Below, piece after piece: positions 58,003 through 64,000 of a DNA stretch of 64,000 nucleotides (position 1 is its first letter; each line of letters starts with the position of its first letter). Origin of the DNA: Vitiosangium sp. GDMCC 1.1324 (GTDB taxonomy: Bacteria > Myxococcota > Myxococcia > Myxococcales > Myxococcaceae). Under the pieces are notes generated by a model. It worked only from the letters and a program-made list of their open reading frames with translations, had not been told where the DNA came from and did no database searches. Location: the NCBI RefSeq assembly GCF_003044305.1, contig NZ_PZOX01000005.1, forward strand, positions 195,493 through 259,492, read 5' to 3'. Both the position numbers and the translations under genes were made by a program.

Positions 58003-58889
58003 TCAGGGCCCCCGCTGCCGGTAGAACTCGCCGAAGAGCTCCCGCAGGCGCCCGTGGGCCCGCGGAGGATCCGAGTCGCTCTCGTCCCTCGCGAGCCGCA
58101 CCTGTCTCGCCGCGCTCGCCAGCAACTGATGGGCCGCCGTCTTCTGGTTGGAGGTCATCCGCTCATCCACGGCGGGGCCCAGCCCGGCGGGATCCGGACA
58201 CGTCCCCAGCACCTTCTGGCTCAGGTGGGAGAAAAGCCTCTCCAGCCCGTCGAGGTAGTCCCCGGGGGGCGAGGGAAACGCGCTGTAGCTCATCACCTCC
58301 AGATGGAACGAGCCCAGGGGGCTGGACGGGTGATGTCGGTTCCAATGCTTGACGGCCTTGAGGAGCGGCTTGAGCTTCTTGCCTGCGGCCTCGTTGGCCT
58401 CCGTGCTCAGAGTCTGGTGGATGCGGGGATTGGTGGAGATCCATCGCCCCGTTTCCCGCTCGGGGATGAGGAAGGTGTCCCGCCCCGGCACCGAGAACGC
58501 GGGCACGACGTCGAACTCGTTTCCCGAGTCCGTGAAGCCGATGTGCACCGAGTGCTGCTGGAGGATCGGAAGGCTCTTGTTGGACCACTTGTCGTGAAGC
58601 GCCTGCTGGACCTGCTTGAGCGCATCATCCGCCGTCAGCCCCCCTGCGAGGTGAATCGGGGTGGATGAGAGGACATCTCCCCCAGCACGACGAAGATGTC
58701 GATGTCATGCAGTGGCCGGATAGCGGTGTGGCGGCTGTAGGAACCGGAGAGAAAGTCCGTCTTCGTGTTGAGCCGCTTCCGCAAGGCCTCGCGCACCAGG
58801 GTGTGCTGCCGGCTGACCTCGTCCCGCTGTCCCTGCGTCAATTCCAGGGACTGGATGAACTTCTCCAGGCCCTCACGCACGCTCCACAT
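58003..58889 (-). pseudogene. SMODS-type (CBASS cGAS/DncV-like minimal) nucleotidyltransferase interrupted by a frameshift at a G6 homopolymer. This is either a pseudogene or a sequencing indel.
   Basis: The N-fragment (58635..58889) carries the SMODS signature GSYSRHTAIRPLHDIDIFVVL. The C-fragment (58003..58548) continues with ...ADDALKQVQQALHDKWSN...SGNEFDVVPAF, the second acidic motif. The two fragments are out of frame around CAGGGGGGCTGA. One extra or missing G restores a single ~295-aa ORF. Confidence 0.6.
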
Positions 58890-58968
58890 GTCCGCTCCTT
58901 GGATTCTTCCGTATCCAAGAAGAAGGACGTCAAAAGCGGCGGCGGACCATCGCGGTCCGGTGCTTTTT

Positions 58969-59808
58969 TCAAGGCAGGAGGCTCAGGACGTCCGCCATGG
59001 AGGGGCGTTCCGGGGCCTTCTTGGCCAGCAGGCGAGCCAGCAGCGAGCGAAGGGCCACGGGCGCCACCCCCTCCAGGAGCTCCAGCGGGGGCGGCCGGGC
59101 CACATGACAGAACATCAGGCTTTGCTGCGCCTCGGCGATGAAGGGCGGGCGGCCCGTGAGCAACTGGAATCCGAGAATTCCGAGCGAGTAGACATCGGCC
59201 CGGTCATCCACTGTCTTGGAACGAGTCCACTGCTCGGGGGCCCTGTACTCCCCGGTCCCTAGGAGCGCGCTCCCCGCCGTCGAGACCGGGAGTGCGGCGA
59301 GCCCGCTCCCGGTGGCGAGCCTCTTGGCGAGCCCGAGGTCGGCGAGCTGGACCTTCCACGCCCCCGGCTCCCGCTGGGAGACCAGGATGTTGGCGGGCTT
59401 CAGGTCCCGGTGAACGAGGCCCCGCGCATGCAACAGGGCCAGGACCTCCGCCAGTTGGCGGAGCACCTGGACGCAGTCGCGAACCGCGAGGCGGCCTCCC
59501 TCATGGACGAGCGCATGGTGGAGATCTTCCGGTTGCCACGCCAGGACCATGAAGGGACGGCCCTCCAGGAGCACTCCGGATGCCTGGGCACGGACCAGGT
59601 GCGGGTGCCGGAGCTCCTGGAGCGTCCGCGCCTCATTGAGGAAGCGGGCCACCACCTCGGGGTGGAGGCACCACTCCGGACTCAACACCTTCACCGCTAC
59701 GAACTCGCCCGAAGTGGCGTGCCGCCCCGCGTAGACCTCACTCGTGGCGCCCACCGCCACACAGCGCACGATGAGGTACTCACCCACGCATGTGCCAGCT
59801 GCCAGCAT
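58969..59808 (-). CDS. Small Ser/Thr protein kinase (catalytic domain only).
   Basis: YLIVRCVAVGATSEVYAG...AVKVL...HRDLKPANILV...ADLGLA...GTGEYRAPE. The in-frame N-terminal extension to 60216 is probably not translated, because the ECF sigma gene occupies that region in another frame. Confidence 0.55.
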   Translation of the reverse strand: MLAAGTCVGEYLIVRCVAVGATSEVYAGRHATSGEFVAVKVLSPEWCLHPEVVARFLNEARTLQELRHPHLVRAQASGVLLEGRPFMVLAWQPEDLHHALVHEGGRLAVRDCVQVLRQLAEVLALLHARGLVHRDLKPANILVSQREPGAWKVQLADLGLAKRLATGSGLAALPVSTAGSALLGTGEYRAPEQWTRSKTVDDRADVYSLGILGFQLLTGRPPFIAEAQQSLMFCHVARPPPLELLEGVAPVALRSLLARLLAKKAPERPSMADVLSLLP

Positions 59809-59819
59809 CGAGGGCTCCG

Positions 59820-60626
59820 TCAGCTCGAGGCGGAAGGCTGAAGGGCGCGCAGCTTCTCCAGCCAGTGCAGCAGCCCCCGAAGCTCCTCGGCGCACTCCGG
59901 ATAGCCCGCGGCGAAGGCCTCGGGCTCCAGGGGTCTCCCCTCCTCGCGCCGTCTGAAATAGGCGGCCAGGGCCGCATCCACCCGGTTGCGGGAGAGGACC
60001 GCATCGGGATTCTCCTCGGACTCCTCTTCCGCCGTGCCTTCCATGCGCGCACGGAGGGCCCGCAGACCCCGCTGCAGCAGCGACTCCACGGCTTCCTTGG
60101 AGCGGCCGAGTCGCTGCGCGATGCCTCCCACCGTCGAGTCCTGGAGGTAGTAGAGCGACAGGGCTTCGCGCTGGGCGTCGGGGAGCTCGTAGAAGTGCGT
60201 CAACAATCGACGCCACTCCTCCTGGTGGGAGGAGACCTGGCTCGGGCTGCGCTGGGGAGCGGGCAGGCCCTGGGCTTCGGAGCTGTCCAGGGGGAGCGCT
60301 CCCCCGTCATCCCGCTTCTGGCTGCCCGCCTTGCGTAGCATGTCCACCCAGCGCGAGTGGAGCACCTGCTCCAGCCAGACCCGCCATTCTCCCTCGGCCG
60401 TGCCCCGGAAGGAGGCGAAGCGCTGGAACGCCCCCAGCGCCGCCTCCTGGGCGACATCCGAGGGCCGAATTCCTCCCGGCGGCGAGCGCCCAATGCGCCG
60501 GGCCGCCCACCTGTCCAGATCGGACTGGCTGCGGCGGAGCAATTCCTCCCAGGCGCCCTGCTCCCCCTCTCGCACCCGGTGCAGCAGCGCCTCGATGGAC
60601 AACTCAGACAGGATGGATGAGCTCAT
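59820..60626 (-). CDS. ECF-type sigma-70 family factor with a C-terminal extension.
   Basis: Region 2 reads LLRRSQSDLDRWAARRIG...DVAQEAALGAFQRF. Region 4 reads PDAQREALSLYYLQDSTVGGIAQRLGRSKEAVESLLQRGLRALR. An ATGA overlap with the upstream kinase-STAND gene is present. Confidence 0.6.
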   Translation of the reverse strand: MSSSILSELSIEALLHRVREGEQGAWEELLRRSQSDLDRWAARRIGRSPPGGIRPSDVAQEAALGAFQRFASFRGTAEGEWRVWLEQVLHSRWVDMLRKAGSQKRDDGGALPLDSSEAQGLPAPQRSPSQVSSHQEEWRRLLTHFYELPDAQREALSLYYLQDSTVGGIAQRLGRSKEAVESLLQRGLRALRARMEGTAEEESEENPDAVLSRNRVDAALAAYFRRREEGRPLEPEAFAAGYPECAEELRGLLHWLEKLRALQPSASS

Positions 60627-63600
60627 GGGCAGCCCTCGAACACGAAGCGTATATCTTCTCCATCCCTGTCCTTGAACTCCCTGGCCAGGGCGCATCGCGC
60701 GGTGTGCAGGCGCGTGGCCTGTTCCCCGTCGCCCATGAGCGCCTCCTGTCCGGCCACAGCGCGAAGCCACACCAGGGCCTGGCGTTTGCCCAGGGGCTCC
60801 CCTTCCCTCAACCGCTCGCCCAATTCCACCGCCTCCTGGTAGTTCCGCTCCGCCTCCCCATACTGGCCCCGGGCGGCCTGGAACGAGGCCACGTCCACGA
60901 GGACCCAGGCGAGCACCCACCGGCTGTATTGATCCCCCGCCGGAGCATCATGGAAGCTGCTCCGTGCCAGGCGCAACGCCCGGTCGAGGAACCCCCGCGC
61001 CGCGTCTGGCTCGCCCGCCGCACGCGCCACGTTCCCGCGCATGCCGAGCACCTGGGCGAGGAGGGCTTTGTTATAGGACTCGCCGTTCTGTTCGTGGAGC
61101 CGGGTGGCCTTGTCCAGGAGGTCGGCGGCGGCGTTCCACCTCCCCGCCGCGAGCTCGCACTCGGCCAGCTCGGAGTCACTGACCGCCAGGGTGCGCCGGT
61201 CGTCCACCGGGTCATCCGTCGCCACCTCGGGACGCTCCAGTCCCCGGACGGCTTCGGCGAAATGCTCGCAGGCCAGGTCGAGGTGCCCCCGCGCCTGTTC
61301 CACCTTCCCGCGCTTGGAGTGCTCGAGGGCCACCAGCCGCGACAGCCTCCCATCGTCAGGCCGATCGGCGAGGGCCGCGCGCAGTTCCTCTCGAGCCTCG
61401 TCCAGGAACAGGCTGGCTCGTGCCAGGGTTCCATCATGGAAGGCGAGGTCCGCCTGCCGATGGATGAAACGGACGGCCACGCGCCGCACTTCGAGACTCT
61501 CGCGTTGCTGGGGCGTCAGCCCGGCCAGGGACTTACGAAAGCCTTCCAACGTGGGCTCGCGCAACCGCAGCGTGTACGGCAGCCAGCTGAGCCTCCAGTC
61601 CAGGTCCCCGGCGAACTCGTCCATCGTGTCGACGTACTGCCGCAGGGAGGCCTCCGCGAGCCGACGCTCGTGGCTCGCGAGGGCCGCGTAGAAGACGATG
61701 GCCAGGAGGGCCAGCCCCCCCGCGGCGGCGAGCAGCCCCCGGGTGAGCGTGCGCCGCCGCTCCAACCGCCGCGCCGCCTCCAGGAAGCGCTCCACTTCGG
61801 GGCTCTCTCGCGGGCTCCCGGCGCGGCGGGCGCGGGCAGGCGAAGCGCCGTCCCGGTAGTGGGTGAGCAGGGTGCCCGTGGGCAGTCCCTCCACCGGACA
61901 GCCCGCCTGGTGCCAGACATGCGCCGCGGCCTCCAGGTCCGCGTGGCGCTCCAGCCGCGTCCGCTCCTCCTCAATCCACGAGGCAATGGAGCGCACCCGG
62001 TACAGCAGCAGCTCGTGCGCCAGCTCGACGCGCTGCTCCGTGGCACTAGCTCCGCCCGACAGAAGCAACAACCGCAACCCCGCCGGAGCCTCCCGCGGGG
62101 TGCCATGGGACAGCCCGGAGAGCCGCAGCAGCACCTCCTCGGCCCGCGCATCGTCTCCCCCCGCGGCGAGCACCTCGCGCCGCGAGCGGGGGCGGCGGGT
62201 GTCGGGCACGCCCCGGCCCGTCCGCACCAGGGACAGAATCATCCCCCTGGCACGCTCGCGCCCCTCCTCTCCCAGACCGTCGAGCAGCGCCTCGGCCTGC
62301 TGGGCCAGGGCTCCCCCCACTCCCCCGAGCCGCTCGTAGTGCGCGTGGGTCAGTGGCGCGCCGCCGCTCAACGCCCACAGCGCCCGCAGCGCGTGCCCGA
62401 GCAGCGGCAGGCGGCCCGCCTCGCCCCGCGCGTCCTGCACCATACGCTCGGCCAGACCTTCGCCCAACCGGAGCCCCGCGCCGCGGGCCAGGCCCTGGAT
62501 GACCTGGGCCAGCGCGGCGGGCTCCATGGGCAGCAGGGGGAAGCGCGCGGCGTGCGGGAGGTGACGCGCCAGGGCCGGCACCTGCTCGATGCGATGCAGG
62601 AAGTCGGCGCGCACGCAGGTCAGCAGCCGCACCGGCGAGCCGGGGGCCTCGAGCGCGGCGCCCAGCAGCGCGTCCACCCATGGGCACTCCGCCGCGCCGA
62701 GCGTGAACAGCTCCTCCAGGGGCTCGAGCACCAGCAACAGGCGGCGCCCCTCGGGCGCATGGGCCGTGGCGAGGTCACGAAGGGCCCCGGCGTCCGCCCG
62801 CAGGGCGCGCTCCACCGTCTCCGCGCCCTCCCCCGCTCCCAGGCGAAGGGGGCCCGAGGCGAGCGCCCGGGCCAGGGCGCGGATCGGCTCGTCCCCCGGG
62901 CGAAGGCACACCACGCACCACTCCGGCGCCCGGGCGAGCCGGGGCAACAGGCCCGCCTGGAGCAACGAGGACTTGCCCACCCCGCTGGGCCCCTCCACCT
63001 GGAGCCACCGCCGCGGCCCCGTCTGGAGCTCTCCGAGCAGCGCGGACAGGCTCCGCAGCTCCTCGTCACGGCCGAAGAACAGCTCCGCCTGCGCCTCGGT
63101 GAAGGAGGCCAGTCCGGGAACGGGGCACGTCTCCGGATCGTCCTCCCACGCCCGGCCGAGCATGTCCTGGCAGCGCCGCATCGCCGGCCGCCGTGAGGGC
63201 TCCTTGGCGAGCATGGAGGCGATGAAGGCGCACAGGCCGCCGGGCAGCGAGGGGGCGAGCTCGCGCAGCGGGGGCGGCTCCTCGTGCACATGCGCGGAGA
63301 GGACCTCGACGGGGTCCTCGGACACGAAGGGCGTGCGGCCCGCGAGCAACTCGTAGAGCACCACGCCCAGGGCATAGACGTCCGCGCGGGAGTCCACGCG
63401 GGCGGCGCTCCGGAACTGCTCCGGCGCCATGTACGGGTAGGTGCCGATGAAGGCCGACTCGTGGGTATGGGCCAGGGTGGCGCCGAGCGCGTCCACCTCC
63501 ACGGGCGGCAGCTTGGCGATGCCAAAGTCCAGCAGCTTGACGCGGTGGCCAGCAAGGGCGCCTTCCCGGGGACACAGGAAGACGTTCTCCGGCTTCAGGT

Positions 63601-63964
63601 CCCGGTGGACGATGCCCCGGGCGTGGACCTGCGCCAGGATGTCCGCGAGTTGGGCGCCCACGTCCAGGGCGTCCCGGAGGGGCACCGGCTCCGCGTGCTG
63701 GCGCATCCACTCGCGCAGGGACAGCCCCGGGAGGTATTCCATGGCGAGGAACGCCGTGTCCGCCTGCCGCGCCGCGTGCAGGACCCGCACCACCCCCGGG
63801 AGCTCGAGCCGGGCCAGGACCTGGGCCTCCTGGAGGAATCGGGCAACGAGGTGCGGCTCCCGGGCCGCCTCGGGGGACAGGACCTTGAGGGCCACGCGTT
63901 GCCCCTGGGGCTCGAGCTCGGCGGCATAGACGCTCGCCATGCCCCCGCTGCCGAGCAGGTGCAA
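60623..63964 (-). CDS. Ser/Thr kinase - STAND (NB-ARC/AAA) NTPase - TPR repeat fusion protein. The N-terminus may extend to or beyond the window end.
   Basis: The kinase domain has LLHLLGSGGMASVYAA, ALKVL, HRDLKPENVFL, DFGIAK and APEQ. Then come FFGRDEELRSL...LQVEGPSGVGKSSLLQAGLL (Walker A) and C-terminal TPR-like helical repeats. A kinase-frame peptide GPYRLLHLLG precedes the first Met. Confidence 0.7.
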   Translation of the reverse strand: MHLLGSGGMASVYAAELEPQGQRVALKVLSPEAAREPHLVARFLQEAQVLARLELPGVVRVLHAARQADTAFLAMEYLPGLSLREWMRQHAEPVPLRDALDVGAQLADILAQVHARGIVHRDLKPENVFLCPREGALAGHRVKLLDFGIAKLPPVEVDALGATLAHTHESAFIGTYPYMAPEQFRSAARVDSRADVYALGVVLYELLAGRTPFVSEDPVEVLSAHVHEEPPPLRELAPSLPGGLCAFIASMLAKEPSRRPAMRRCQDMLGRAWEDDPETCPVPGLASFTEAQAELFFGRDEELRSLSALLGELQTGPRRWLQVEGPSGVGKSSLLQAGLLPRLARAPEWCVVCLRPGDEPIRALARALASGPLRLGAGEGAETVERALRADAGALRDLATAHAPEGRRLLLVLEPLEELFTLGAAECPWVDALLGAALEAPGSPVRLLTCVRADFLHRIEQVPALARHLPHAARFPLLPMEPAALAQVIQGLARGAGLRLGEGLAERMVQDARGEAGRLPLLGHALRALWALSGGAPLTHAHYERLGGVGGALAQQAEALLDGLGEEGRERARGMILSLVRTGRGVPDTRRPRSRREVLAAGGDDARAEEVLLRLSGLSHGTPREAPAGLRLLLLSGGASATEQRVELAHELLLYRVRSIASWIEEERTRLERHADLEAAAHVWHQAGCPVEGLPTGTLLTHYRDGASPARARRAGSPRESPEVERFLEAARRLERRRTLTRGLLAAAGGLALLAIVFYAALASHERRLAEASLRQYVDTMDEFAGDLDWRLSWLPYTLRLREPTLEGFRKSLAGLTPQQRESLEVRRVAVRFIHRQADLAFHDGTLARASLFLDEAREELRAALADRPDDGRLSRLVALEHSKRGKVEQARGHLDLACEHFAEAVRGLERPEVATDDPVDDRRTLAVSDSELAECELAAGRWNAAADLLDKATRLHEQNGESYNKALLAQVLGMRGNVARAAGEPDAARGFLDRALRLARSSFHDAPAGDQYSRWVLAWVLVDVASFQAARGQYGEAERNYQEAVELGERLREGEPLGKRQALVWLRAVAGQEALMGDGEQATRLHTARCALAREFKDRDGEDIRFVFEGCP

Positions 63965-64000
63965 CAGCCTGTAGGGTCCGACATGGGTGGGGAGGGAGGA

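Noticed and set aside
63595-63984. 129-aa ORF at the window edge as a separate gene.
   Set aside because: It is in a different frame from the kinase N-terminus (GPYRLLHLLGSGGMASVY) of the 1113-aa protein. It probably reflects the kinase gene running off the window.

Overview
This is a very GC-rich window (about 68-70% GC) with dense coding and strong GC3 bias, typical of a myxobacterial (Myxococcus/Corallococcus/Stigmatella-type) accessory region. It contains hallmark myxobacterial families: ELWxxDGT-repeat lipoproteins, a DUF2381 (TIGR02268-like) gene next to a Ser/Thr kinase, many eukaryotic-like Ser/Thr kinases and pseudokinases, Cys-rich secreted repeat proteins, and a giant caspase-STAND-WD40 protein. 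I see no rRNA genes, no intact tRNA genes and no CRISPR array.

The most notable content is as follows.
(1) A complete type III-B CRISPR-Cas effector operon (cmr1-cmr6 plus cas6, all on the minus strand, translationally coupled) with no CRISPR array in the window. Immediately upstream on the same strand are a large uncharacterised candidate sensor/effector protein with an HExxH motif and a SMODS-type (CBASS-like) nucleotidyltransferase interrupted by a frameshift in a G6 run. Upstream of those lies an ECF-type sigma factor flanked by Ser/Thr kinases, one of them a kinase-STAND-TPR fusion.
(2) A cluster of three cytoplasmic protease families: a caspase-like C14, a trypsin-like S1, and a signal-peptide-less subtilase S8. 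They sit beside a small tandem-repeat protein, a 7TM-type histidine kinase and a sigma-54 activator. Downstream are two paralogous giant repeat lipoproteins, each preceded by a near-identical sigma-54 promoter; the pair was created by a segmental duplication now split by an IS701-family insertion.
(3) A SitA-like polymorphic lipoprotein toxin with a tightly coupled small immunity-like gene.
(4) A tandem array of three XRE regulators and two degenerate pseudokinases.
(5) Remnants of mobile elements: an IS701-family copy with inverted repeats, a truncated IS3 with an A6G slippery site, and a tRNA 3'-end-like fragment with an AlpA/Xis-like gene and an ASCH-like gene.

All functional calls rest on motifs read directly from the translated sequence; no database searches were run.
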